A stretch of 64,000 bases of DNA from Gracilimonas sp. (GTDB lineage: Bacteria > Bacteroidota > Rhodothermia > Balneolales > Balneolaceae): the NCBI RefSeq assembly GCF_022450045.1, contig NZ_JAKURD010000011.1; one strand, written 5' to 3'. The notes beneath the pieces were generated by a model. That model was not told the origin of the DNA. It made no database searches and worked only from the letters and a program-made list of their open reading frames with translations. A program made the position numbers and the translations under genes. This document shows, one piece after another, positions 30,660 through 40,076 of the stretch (positions within the stretch are counted from its first letter, which is position 1; each line of letters starts with the position of its first letter).

Positions 30660-31589
30660 TTAGTAGCCTTTGTCTCTATCCACTTCAAATAACAATTCCA
30701 TCCCAGACATCGCCCGTTTATAATTCTCCACGATAACCTCAGCCGCTTTTTTTGCCGGAGTAATGGCTGCAATATGCGGGGTGATCATGATCTGCTTTCG
30801 GTTCCAGAAGGAATGATTCTTTGGCAATGGTTCTTCCTCAAATACATCCAGGCAGGCGCCTTCGAGGTAACCCATATCAAAGGCGTAGATCAGGTCTTCT
30901 TCCACGAGATGGTCTCCACGTCCTACATTGATCAAGTATCCGGGCTGTTTCAGTTTTTTAAAAAGATCGAGACCCAGAAATCCTTTAGTCTCATTGGTAA
31001 GTGGCAGGAGGTTGACCATGATCTTTGTTTCGGAAAGAAAATTGTCCAGTTCCTCTTTGCCGGCAAAAGAAGTCAGCCCCTCAATATCTTTTTTAGAGCG
31101 GCTCCAGCCCGAAACCATATATCCATGTTGCACCAACAATGTTGCAACACTGTTACCCATTTCACCCAATCCCATAATTCCAACAGGGGTATGTTTTTTA
31201 GGAATCGTACTTTTCTGCTCCCAAACTCCTTTTCGTTTGTTCTCGAAGTAATCTACGATATGAAGACGGTAGTTAACGATTGCATTCAATACATACTCAG
31301 CCATTTGTTCTTGAAGTGAATCGGTAACGAGGCGGCAGATAGGGATATCCTCAGACAGACTCTTATCATCCAGCAAATGATTTACCCCCGCTCCCAAAGA
31401 AGACACCGCTCTTAGATTGGGGTAATTGCGGAGCACTTTTTCAGGATGATTCCAACACACAGCAAAATTCACCCTTTCTTTTTTATCAACCCGAGGCCAG
31501 ATCTCCACATCCAGATTGGGATCTTTTTCGAGCAGGGCTTTTTTAAGCGAATCGAAGTTTCTGTTTTTTGCGATCAGTAAAAGCGACAT
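30660..31589 (-). CDS. ghrA: Glyoxylate/hydroxypyruvate reductase A-like 2-hydroxyacid dehydrogenase
   Basis: SLGAGVNH, GIMGLGEMG, LINVGRG, LDVFEEEPLP and ITPHIA motifs. Confidence 0.85.
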   Translation of the reverse strand: MSLLLIAKNRNFDSLKKALLEKDPNLDVEIWPRVDKKERVNFAVCWNHPEKVLRNYPNLRAVSSLGAGVNHLLDDKSLSEDIPICRLVTDSLQEQMAEYVLNAIVNYRLHIVDYFENKRKGVWEQKSTIPKKHTPVGIMGLGEMGNSVATLLVQHGYMVSGWSRSKKDIEGLTSFAGKEELDNFLSETKIMVNLLPLTNETKGFLGLDLFKKLKQPGYLINVGRGDHLVEEDLIYAFDMGYLEGACLDVFEEEPLPKNHSFWNRKQIMITPHIAAITPAKKAAEVIVENYKRAMSGMELLFEVDRDKGY

Positions 31590-31646
31590 AGGTTTCTTTA
31601 ATTTAGCAGAACCAGAAGATAGGGATTCATAATAACTTCTGAGAAA

Positions 31647-32345
31647 TTATGAATGTGAATTTTTCTCTATAAACTCCTTATATAATTCGATCAATTCGTT
31701 CAGCATCATAGCGGTGGCTCCCCATAGCGGAACACGGTGAATATCCCAAAAAGGAACCCGATAGGGTGTGCCTCTCAGATCCCAATTTTCTTCCACTAAA
31801 TTTTGCTCCTGAACGAGTTTTGAAATGGGAACGGAGATAATCTCATCCACCTCATTAGGATTGGGCGTGAAGGTTTGCTCTTGTTCGAGGAAAGCCACAA
31901 CAGGTGTTACCATATTATCTGAGTGCCCCACATACAACGGAGTCAGTTGTCCTACAACATGGACTCCCTTGCTACTTAGCCCGATCTCTTCTTGCGCTTC
32001 CCTGAGCGCAGTTTCAATGATAGTCTCCTCCCCTTCCTTTCCACCCCCGGGGAAACTGAGCTGCCCACCGTGGTTAATAGATTGAGTTCTGAGCGTCAAT
32101 AGGACCTCAAGCTCATCTTTCCAGCTTATGATAGGAACTAATACGCTGCTGTTGCGAAAATCGTCATTAGCAGGGTTATAATTCTTGGGATTATTTGTCC
32201 CATTGACCGGGTTGGGAGCCATTTTACGCTGCGCATTCTTCCCCGGCAGTGAAGAGCTGAGTTTAGTTTGTAAATAATTGTGAAATTTTTTTTGTAACAA
32301 AATGGCAATCTGTAACTCTTTATTGTATGTACATCCATGCAACAC
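31647..32345 (-). CDS. Nudix CoA pyrophosphatase
   Basis: HGGQLSFPGG, Nudix box ALREAQEEIG and LWGATAMML. Exact start uncertain. Confidence 0.88.
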   Translation of the reverse strand: MLHGCTYNKELQIAILLQKKFHNYLQTKLSSSLPGKNAQRKMAPNPVNGTNNPKNYNPANDDFRNSSVLVPIISWKDELEVLLTLRTQSINHGGQLSFPGGGKEGEETIIETALREAQEEIGLSSKGVHVVGQLTPLYVGHSDNMVTPVVAFLEQEQTFTPNPNEVDEIISVPISKLVQEQNLVEENWDLRGTPYRVPFWDIHRVPLWGATAMMLNELIELYKEFIEKNSHS

Positions 32346-32456
32346 AGAAAATGATCTAATAGTTTTTGATTATTAGGTCTTGTTGCAGGGCACGGTCTAA
32401 GTTACTCATTCGCTCGGGTATAAATAAAACAATAACCAAACAATGGATAATTACAC

Positions 32457-33653
32457 ATGAATAACAGAATAATCAAAAAAATAGCTGCTGGAGCATTAGT
32501 TCTTATGTTGGCAGTTGTAGGTTGTCAAAATGTTACTGAGATCTCAAATACCGACGATCTTTCCGGTGACAAAATTATTGAAGGACAATACATCGTTGTG
32601 ATGGAACCATCAGCTGACGGGAAGTTCAAGCTCGGAGACGTTGAGCAGATCGAAGCTGTTCGATCTAAGGTTTTTGCAAATGCTGAACTTTCAGAAACAA
32701 ATGTAGTTGCGAAATACAATAACGTATTAGCAGGATTTGCAGCACAATTAGATGATGCACAACTCAAAAAGCTACGCAGTGATAAAAACGTTAAATATAT
32801 TGAGAAGGACAGGATTTATACCTTTGCTCCTCCTTGTGGAACTCCCTCCGGTGGACCTTGCGATGATGGTGGAGGAGGTTCTGGTCAGGAAACTCCATAT
32901 GGAATCACCCGTGTAAATGGTGGTGTAACTTACAGCGGAAGCAATGTAGCATGGATCGTTGATACCGGAATCGACTTAGATCATCCTGATCTTAACGTTG
33001 ATGCTTCTCGTGGATTCAACGCTTTTACTTCAGGTCGTGATGCTAAAAGCCTTGATGACGGAAATGGACACGGATCGCATGTAGCGGGCACCGTTGCTGC
33101 CATAGATAATACTGAAGGTGTTATTGGTGTTGCTGCCGGCGCTACTGTTATTCCGGTTAAAGTACTGGACAGCCGTGGAAGCGGATCTTATTCAGGAGTA
33201 ATTGCCGGTGTTGATCATGTGGGCGCAAACGGTTCTGCCGGTGATGTTGCCAACATGAGTTTAGGCGGACCAACTTCTCAGGCTCTGGATGATGCGGTAC
33301 TGGCAGCTTCTTCGAATGGCATTTGGTTTTCATTAGCCGCAGGAAACAGCAGCGAAGATGCAAATAATTCTTCACCTGCCCGCGTAAATGGAACCTATAT
33401 TGTTACCATTTCGGCTATGGACAGCAATGACAATTGGGCAAGTTTTTCTAACTATGGGAATCCCCCCATTGATTATGCTGCACCTGGTGTAAGCGTGACT
33501 TCCACTTGGAAGGACGGAGGGTATAATACCATAAGTGGAACTTCCATGGCCGCACCACATGCTGCCGGTGTTCTGTTGTTAGGAAGTGCAAGCACAAACG
33601 GTACTGTAAATGGTGATCCCGATGGAAATCCTGATCCTATTATCGTGCACTGA
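32457..33653 (+). CDS. S8 subtilisin-like serine protease lipoprotein with I9 propeptide
   Basis: Lipobox-like VVGC and catalytic triad motifs VDTG, NGHGSHVAG and GTSMAAPH. Confidence 0.93.
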   Translation: MNNRIIKKIAAGALVLMLAVVGCQNVTEISNTDDLSGDKIIEGQYIVVMEPSADGKFKLGDVEQIEAVRSKVFANAELSETNVVAKYNNVLAGFAAQLDDAQLKKLRSDKNVKYIEKDRIYTFAPPCGTPSGGPCDDGGGGSGQETPYGITRVNGGVTYSGSNVAWIVDTGIDLDHPDLNVDASRGFNAFTSGRDAKSLDDGNGHGSHVAGTVAAIDNTEGVIGVAAGATVIPVKVLDSRGSGSYSGVIAGVDHVGANGSAGDVANMSLGGPTSQALDDAVLAASSNGIWFSLAAGNSSEDANNSSPARVNGTYIVTISAMDSNDNWASFSNYGNPPIDYAAPGVSVTSTWKDGGYNTISGTSMAAPHAAGVLLLGSASTNGTVNGDPDGNPDPIIVH

Positions 33654-33679
33654 TAAAGTGTATGTATAGAAAGCTGCTT

Positions 33680-33715
33680 CAAGCCCTCTTGCTAAAAAGT
33701 GAGAGGGCTTTTTTT
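33680..33715 (+). terminator. Intrinsic terminator
   Basis: AAGCCCTCT...AGAGGGCTT followed by a T run. Confidence 0.75.
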
Positions 33716-33878
33716 GTTTGAGAAGGAAATGTTATAAAGTTGATGGATGTTTTCAAAGCTGAACACATGTCCGTACTTTTAGTCCTCAAATTTTTCAGCA
33801 AAAGAGTTAAAGGGAACCCATTAGAAACATCATACTAAAAAAATTTTGTGTCTTGATGATTTCGTGGCAAAAAAGCAT

Positions 33879-34874
33879 ATGAGTAAAAAATACAACGTGT
33901 ATGGCATTGGAAATGCCCTGGTAGATCTTGAATTTAAAGTAACTCCGAATTTTCTTGAAAAGCATAAGGTCCAAAAAGGACTCATGACCTTGGTGGATGA
34001 AGAAACACAGCATACCTTAATTAGTGCCATAGACCACAACGATACACAAAAAAAATCTGGAGGATCAGCAGCTAATACCGTGATCGCCGTTTCCCAATTT
34101 GGCGGAAAAGCATTCTATTCATGTAAGGTGGCAAATGATGAATTCGGCGATTTTTATCTGAAGGATATGGAAGATGCCGGCATCCCAACCAATTTTAACC
34201 GGCAAAAAAGAGAAGAGGGGATCACCGGTAAATGCTTGGTCATGATCACCGATGATGCCGATCGAACTATGAACACCTACCTTGGGATCTCATCCGGGCT
34301 TTCAGCCAATGAAGTAGATGAACGTGCTATCAAAGATTCGGAATATGTATATCTGGAGGGTTATTTAGTGGCATCAGAACAGGGACTGGATGCCATCAAA
34401 CATACCAAAAAAATTGCGGAAGAAAATGGAGTGAAGACGGCCATCACCCTATCTGATCCCTCCATAGTACGTGCTTTTAAAGATCAGTTTCATGATGTGA
34501 TCGGAGCTTCGGTAGATCTGTTGTTCTGCAATGAAGAGGAAGCCCGAACCTTCACCGGCAAAAACAATTTGCTGGAAGCAAGGGAAGCATTAAAGCAGGA
34601 AGCCAAACGCTTTGTCATTACACAGGGAAGAAACGGAGCTATGATATTTGATGGGGATACCTTCATCGATATTGAACCTTATGAAGTGAAAGCCGTGGAT
34701 ACCAACGGTGCAGGAGATATGTTTGCCGGAGCGTTTTTGTATGGGATAACCAATGAGGTGGGCTTCGCTAATTCAGGAAAACTTGCCAGCCTTGCCGGCT
34801 CAAAGATCGTCTCGCAATACGGGCCGCGACTTAAATGGCATGAAGTTCAGGAATTATTACACAAGCTTAAATAA
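33879..34874 (+). CDS. PfkB family adenosine/sugar kinase
   Basis: GIGNALVD, GGSAANT and C-terminal DTNGAGDMFAG. Probable ATG at 33879. Confidence 0.9.
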   Translation: MSKKYNVYGIGNALVDLEFKVTPNFLEKHKVQKGLMTLVDEETQHTLISAIDHNDTQKKSGGSAANTVIAVSQFGGKAFYSCKVANDEFGDFYLKDMEDAGIPTNFNRQKREEGITGKCLVMITDDADRTMNTYLGISSGLSANEVDERAIKDSEYVYLEGYLVASEQGLDAIKHTKKIAEENGVKTAITLSDPSIVRAFKDQFHDVIGASVDLLFCNEEEARTFTGKNNLLEAREALKQEAKRFVITQGRNGAMIFDGDTFIDIEPYEVKAVDTNGAGDMFAGAFLYGITNEVGFANSGKLASLAGSKIVSQYGPRLKWHEVQELLHKLK

Positions 34875-34887
34875 ACAGATCAAAAAT

Positions 34888-35145
34888 ATGACAGGAATAG
34901 AATTATTGGGATGGGCAGGTTTTGGGATTTTAGTAGCAGCCTGGATTCCCCAAACCATTGACACTATAAAAGCAGGTAACACATCGATCAATGTAGCTTT
35001 TATAATTATGTACTTTTCGTCAAGTTTAATGCTGGCCGTTTACTCTGTGATGATCAATGATATCGTTTTTATAGCATTAAATGCATTATTGACATTGGGC
35101 AGCGGCATAAACATGTACTATAAATTCTTTCCAAGAACAGAATGA
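34888..35145 (+). CDS. PQ-loop / SemiSWEET-like small membrane protein
   Basis: 85 aa from ATG at 34888, three TM helices and WIPQTIDTIK PQ motif. Confidence 0.75.
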   Translation: MTGIELLGWAGFGILVAAWIPQTIDTIKAGNTSINVAFIIMYFSSSLMLAVYSVMINDIVFIALNALLTLGSGINMYYKFFPRTE

Positions 35146-35735
35146 TGAAACTTGACAAGCTGGTTTTGGCTTCCCAGAATCCACATAAAATAGAGGAAAT
35201 GCAGCAGATATTAAGTCCGCTGGGAATTGAGGTTTTATCCTCGAAGGATTTTCCAAATCTAAAAGAGGTCATTGAAGATCGCCCTACGCTAAAGGGGAAT
35301 GCTCTCAAAAAAGCTCAATATGTATCAAAGGAAACCCGGCTTCCTGCACTTTCTGATGACACCGGATTGGAAGTAGAAGCACTCAACGGAAGGCCCGGAG
35401 TTTATTCGGCGCGCTATGCCGGCAGAAATGCGTCCTATCAGGATAATGTGCTAAAGTTACTGGAGGAACTCAACGGGAGATCAAACCGGGCCGCTCAGTT
35501 CCGGACGGTGGTTGCATTGGTTGATGAAGGCCTTGAATATACCTTTGAAGGAGTGTGCAAAGGGGAGATCATCACGGAGGAAAAGGGGAATAAAGGTTTT
35601 GGCTATGATCCGGTTTTTAAGCCTGATGGTTTCGATGAAACGTTTGCTGAACTTGACAGCGCTACTAAAAATGAGATCTCCCATCGGGGGCGGGCTATTC
35701 AAAACTTTGTGCAATTTCTGATGGAAGAGGAATAA
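35142..35735 (+). CDS. rdgB: Non-canonical purine NTP pyrophosphatase
   Basis: ASQNPHK, SDDTGLEV, PGVYSARYAG, GFGYDPVF and KNEISHRGRA motifs. Confidence 0.95.
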   Translation: MMKLDKLVLASQNPHKIEEMQQILSPLGIEVLSSKDFPNLKEVIEDRPTLKGNALKKAQYVSKETRLPALSDDTGLEVEALNGRPGVYSARYAGRNASYQDNVLKLLEELNGRSNRAAQFRTVVALVDEGLEYTFEGVCKGEIITEEKGNKGFGYDPVFKPDGFDETFAELDSATKNEISHRGRAIQNFVQFLMEEE

Positions 35736-35817
35736 ATTTCGCGGTTTTTAATCTTGGGAATTGACCTCTGAAATTATGATTTTCATCCGTTGAAATTTTA
35801 ATTAAATCGGATCGTAA

Positions 35818-37359
35818 TTGGCTTTTTCCATTATAGATTACCTTGTAATTATCGTTTATTTAGCTGGAGTAGCATTTCTCGGGTTAAAGTCCTCCGGAAA
35901 ACAGACATCGAACAAAGACTATTTTTTAGGCGGTGAAGGGATTCCCTGGTGGGCCGTTTTGTTCTCCATCGTAGCCACCGAAACCAGTACGCTTACCTTT
36001 ATAAGTATTCCGGCCGTTGCCTATGGCGGCAATCTCACGTTCCTGCAAATAACCGTCGGCTATGTGATAGGCCGGATCTTTGTAGCACTCTTTTTTCTCC
36101 CAAAATATTATGAAGGAGAGCTTTACACTGCCTACACCTTCCTGGAGCGCAGATTCGGTGCAACGATGAGAAATGCGGCAAGTTCCACATTCATGGTTAC
36201 AAGGCTGTTAGCTGATGGCGTCCGCTTATTTGCAACCGCCATTCCGCTGGCCATTATCTTGAGGCTGGGAGGCGCTTTTACAGGGTGGGGAGATCTTGAA
36301 CTGTATATCATTTCCATTTGTGTGATAACAGGAATTACTTTGATCTACACCTTTTTCGGCGGCATCAAGGCCGTGGTATGGATGGATTTCGTCCAGATGA
36401 TCGTGTATATAGGCGGTGCTTTTATTGCCATCGGAGTATTGATAGGAAATATGCCTTCCGGCTTTGAATTACCGGCTGAAAAACTTGATATCATAAATCT
36501 TGGTTTTGATATGCCGTTTCGGGAATTCATTGCACAACCCTATACCCTGATTACCGCTATTGTAGGGGGCGCCGTGTTCTCACTTGCTTCCCACGGAACA
36601 GATCAATTGTTAGTACAGCGTGTGTTGGCCACCCAAAATTTAAAGTCAGGGCAAAAAGCGATGATATGGAGTGGGATCGTAGCAATGCTTCAGTTCGGCC
36701 TTTTTCTGGGGATAGGGTTGCTGCTGTTCATGTTCTATGAAGGCCTTTCAGCTGAAGCTATGGGACTTGCCACAACAGATGAAATATTTGCCAAATTTAT
36801 AGTAGAAGAACTGCCAACAGGGATATCAGGGCTAATTGTCGCAGCATTGTTTGCCGCCGCTATGAGCAGTCTCAGTTCCTCTCTGAATTCATTGGCTTCC
36901 TCAACCACTTACGACCTTTATAAACCCTACTTTGGGAAGAACAATACCGATGCTGAAGACCTTTCCATCTCCAGAAAAATTACGATGGGTTGGGGGGGCA
37001 TCTTGACCGGGTCAGCTATTTTCTTTGCCGTGCTGCAGCTTCAGGGCGGGGAGCGGCCGGCTATTGTGGAACTTGGCCTTGGGATCGCTTCCTATACTTA
37101 TGGCGGATTACTTGGTGCCTTTCTGTTAGGAATGTTTTTCTCCAAACCGGATAATAAGGATGCCATTACAGGCTTTTTCTGTGGATTGATTGCCTTACTT
37201 TTTATGGTTCAAGGCCCGATTCAGGATCTTTTTCCCGGTGAGGGATTGGCCATTGCCTGGCCCTTATATACCTTAGTGGGGAGTTTGGTAGTGATCGTTT
37301 GCGGACAAGTGAGCTATTTTATTCGGAACACTTTTTTAAATAATGTGAGTGCGAGATAA
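35818..37359 (+). CDS. Sodium:solute symporter (SSS)
   Basis: SIVATETS, GGIKAVVWMD, GTDQLLVQR and AAAMSSLSSSLNS motifs. Confidence 0.92.
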   Translation: MAFSIIDYLVIIVYLAGVAFLGLKSSGKQTSNKDYFLGGEGIPWWAVLFSIVATETSTLTFISIPAVAYGGNLTFLQITVGYVIGRIFVALFFLPKYYEGELYTAYTFLERRFGATMRNAASSTFMVTRLLADGVRLFATAIPLAIILRLGGAFTGWGDLELYIISICVITGITLIYTFFGGIKAVVWMDFVQMIVYIGGAFIAIGVLIGNMPSGFELPAEKLDIINLGFDMPFREFIAQPYTLITAIVGGAVFSLASHGTDQLLVQRVLATQNLKSGQKAMIWSGIVAMLQFGLFLGIGLLLFMFYEGLSAEAMGLATTDEIFAKFIVEELPTGISGLIVAALFAAAMSSLSSSLNSLASSTTYDLYKPYFGKNNTDAEDLSISRKITMGWGGILTGSAIFFAVLQLQGGERPAIVELGLGIASYTYGGLLGAFLLGMFFSKPDNKDAITGFFCGLIALLFMVQGPIQDLFPGEGLAIAWPLYTLVGSLVVIVCGQVSYFIRNTFLNNVSAR

Positions 37360-37881
37360 CGAATGTTTCTAAAAGAATTTTAAAACTGCTGTAAGATTCA
37401 TCTGACGGAAGCCCCGTCTGATGGATGGGCTGATCGATGGCGCAGGCGCAGGATGTTGGATTGGGTTACGAACTGAACTTAGGTGCTCGAATTAAACAAA
37501 CGGTCAGATGGACTTAGAGCCATCAGACCGGGAGGTAGATTACACATTCCCGGACTCGATCTGATGGAAACCCCATCTGATCGATGATACAGGCGCAGGA
37601 TGTTGGATTAGGATACGAACAAGCTTAGGTTCCCCAAATCAAGCAAACGGTCAGACGGACTTGGAGCCGGCAGACCGTACCTCAAAGGCTTTAGTTCGGT
37701 ATAAGAACTACGTTAAAAGGATAAAAATGAATGCTTGTGATCATTTCCCGCGGAGACGGGAATCTAATGGCGGCCATAACTTCCGTGTTCGATACCTGAC
37801 CAACCATGGGGTTTCGGGCATTTGCTGCGAAATGACTATTCAACGTGTTCAACAAATTATTTTTATCTCAAACTCACGTTA
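37341..37881. mobile_element. Composite MITE cluster: left TIR + two family-B hairpin units + family-A body + right TIR
   Basis: TAATGTGAGTGCGAGATAA (37341-37359), tandem units 37399-37530 and 37558-37677, family-A body about 37691-37860, TTATCTCAAACTCACGTTA (37863-37881). Confidence 0.75.
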
Positions 37882-37909
37882 GTTAGAAATACTAAACCAT
37901 CGGTTTTAT

Positions 37910-39214
37910 TTACAATGCACTACTTGGACCTTTTAAATCTCTTTTTTTGAATGTTAGCTCAAATAACGTTTTATCACTTTGCTCAGTAATCGATATGTAT
38001 CCTCTGAGTTGAGAATTAAGTGTTTTGACTATGAGCATTCCCAAACTGCTTGGTTTTTCCAGATTATATTTTTGACTGCTTTTTACTCCATTATCGGAAA
38101 CCGTTAAAACTACACCTTCTTCTAATTCTTTAAGGTTTACTTCTATAATTGGTTCTTTAATATCTTCGTAGAAATTTAAATAAGCATTAAGCAATAATTC
38201 ATTGCATAATAATCCGGCCGGTACCGCCTGATTGATGTTAAGGTTTACGGCGGGGATCTCTTTTTTTATTTTGACTGTACGTTTTCCATTCTCTTTATTG
38301 AATGTGTTTTGTACAAAATCTACTAACTGATTCAGGTAGTCTCCAAAGTCTATATGAGAAGTTTTTTCGGCATTTGCATATGAATCATGCACCAACGCAA
38401 GACACTTTAATCTCATCTGGCTATCGTGAAGAATAGCATGAACCTTTTCATTTTCTGTGTACATGGACTGCAGATCAAACAACGCAGATACCAATGCCAG
38501 GTTATTACGAACCCGGTGATGTATTTCAGAAAGCAGGCTTTCTTTTGCTTTTACCGACTGCTGCAATTTTTCTTCAGCTTTTTTCTGCTCAGTGATATTC
38601 TCCAGCATAACCACCAGGTATACCGGGCTCTCCGGTCCATTAAATACCGCAGACTTAGAAACCAAACCGGGAAAATAGGTTCCGTCTTTTTTACGATATC
38701 TTTTTTCTATTTTGTAAAATACTCTTTTTTGTTCTGCCAGTTCCTGATCTAATTCTCTTCCGATAGTTAAATCATCGGGATGAATAAAATCTTCAAAATT
38801 AAGTTTGAGCAGCTCTTCTTCTTTATATCCGAGCATATCGCACAGGGTTTGGTTCACCTGTATCCAGTTTTCATTAGGTTTGTGATGAGCGATGCCAACT
38901 GGCGCAGATTTAAACGTAGCCTTGAATTCATCTCTGCTTTTTGTGAGCCGATCAATGGTTTCATTTAGTACGGCATTATTTTTCCAAACCAGCAAATATA
39001 TCATCACCCCGCTTGCCAGTACAAAAAACCAACCTTTAAGGGATTGAACCCGTGTTAAAGTCTCAGGTTCATTAAAGGAAGCAAGTACAAATTGATCAGA
39101 AAACTGAACCCATAAAATTCCAACCAAAAGGTAAACGAGGGTAATGACCAGCGGACTATTATTCAGAATAGCTTTTATACGATCCATACAAAATTCCATT
39201 TTTTTGCGGAGCAA
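37910..39214 (-). CDS. Membrane sensor histidine kinase (PAS + HisKA_2)
   Basis: Two TM helices, PAS domain (FIHPDD), H-box SEIHHRVRNNL. Probable ATG at 39187. Confidence 0.88.
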   Translation of the reverse strand: MLRKKMEFCMDRIKAILNNSPLVITLVYLLVGILWVQFSDQFVLASFNEPETLTRVQSLKGWFFVLASGVMIYLLVWKNNAVLNETIDRLTKSRDEFKATFKSAPVGIAHHKPNENWIQVNQTLCDMLGYKEEELLKLNFEDFIHPDDLTIGRELDQELAEQKRVFYKIEKRYRKKDGTYFPGLVSKSAVFNGPESPVYLVVMLENITEQKKAEEKLQQSVKAKESLLSEIHHRVRNNLALVSALFDLQSMYTENEKVHAILHDSQMRLKCLALVHDSYANAEKTSHIDFGDYLNQLVDFVQNTFNKENGKRTVKIKKEIPAVNLNINQAVPAGLLCNELLLNAYLNFYEDIKEPIIEVNLKELEEGVVLTVSDNGVKSSQKYNLEKPSSLGMLIVKTLNSQLRGYISITEQSDKTLFELTFKKRDLKGPSSAL

Positions 39215-39442
39215 TTAGCCAAAAATGACGTATTTGATTTAATAAACCGTACCCGCCTTGTTAAAATGAATAACAGTGGAAAGATTCTGTATGAATAAGA
39301 TACCCAAACGTGTAATCTAAAAAACATGTGTTGCCTTCTGATAAAACCTCATAAGTATATTATTTTAAAGAGTAAGCTGCAGGTAAAATGTTACACTTTT
39401 ATTTTCGGAGTGTTTTTTGGGCTAATGCTCACATACTGCTTC

Positions 39443-39544
39443 GTTGTGGTTTGATTTTTAGATGGGATCAAGGATATTGACAAAATGAATCACTTCATAG
39501 CCTCAACAGTTGTGGTTTGATTTTTAGATGGGATCAAGGATATT
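39443..39544 (+). CRISPR. Type II-C mini-array: two identical 36-bp repeats and one 30-bp spacer
   Basis: GTTGTGGTTTGATTTTTAGATGGGATCAAGGATATT at 39443-39478 and 39509-39544. Spacer GACAAAATGAATCACTTCATAGCCTCAACA. Orientation inferred from tracrRNA pairing. Confidence 0.9.
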
Positions 39545-39737
39545 AGTTGGTTTTTTAATCTTCTGGTATTCAATCACTTAGCAAAAAATATCCTTTAAAA
39601 AAATGTGGGTTAGGCTTCTTCAATGAGGCTTCAACCGGCATTTTTTTTACTCTCAAATTTGGGCTATGCTGAATTAAATTCAGCATGACTTTAATTTCCG
39701 GGGTAATTTTGGATATACTTTCGGGCTTATAAAACCT

Positions 39738-40076
39738 TCAGAACATTTCAAGCTGAGGGGGCGGTTTTTCTACCGGCAGGCTTTTCTTTCCCCAAATATT
39801 TATGATCTTTCCATATTGCTTATCGGTCACAGAGAGAATACTTACCTGTCCTTTGGATGGAACCAGTTTTTTTATGCGTTTGATATGAACTTTCGCACTT
39901 TCGCGGCTGGCACAGTGGCGGGTATATACGGAATACTGCATCATGGAAAAACCATCCTGCAACAAATCTTTTCTAAAACGGGTAGCTTTTCGGCGTTCGA
40001 TTTTGGCAGTAACCGGGAGGTCAAAGAATACAAAGATCCACATAATCTGGTAAGCATTTAAGCGTGAATAACTCAT
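39738..40076 (-). CDS. cas2: CRISPR-associated endonuclease Cas2 (type II)
   Basis: MWIFVFFDLPV...FRKDLLQDGFSMMQYSVY...TDKQY. Confidence 0.95.
   Translation of the reverse strand: MSYSRLNAYQIMWIFVFFDLPVTAKIERRKATRFRKDLLQDGFSMMQYSVYTRHCASRESAKVHIKRIKKLVPSKGQVSILSVTDKQYGKIINIWGKKSLPVEKPPPQLEMF

Noticed and set aside
37414-37421. CCGTCTGA resembles the core of the Neisseria DNA uptake sequence
   Set aside because: It occurs only inside family-B hairpins, not dispersed at DUS-like density, and the full GCCGTCTGAA is absent.
37661-37882. 73-aa ORF in the MITE cluster as a possible transposase fragment or peptide
   Set aside because: It translates repeat DNA, the frame is not supported as a conserved ORF in the other copies, and it has no transposase motifs.
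39443-39478. Neisseria-style promoter embedded in each repeat
   Set aside because: TTTG and a downstream TA are present, but the TAnnTTTG element is not completed by the following bases in either copy.
39479-39508. Self-targeting by the CRISPR spacer within the window
   Set aside because: Only a short match of about 9 nt (GACAAAATG near 20557) was noticed by eye, which is expected by chance. A full genome search was not possible.
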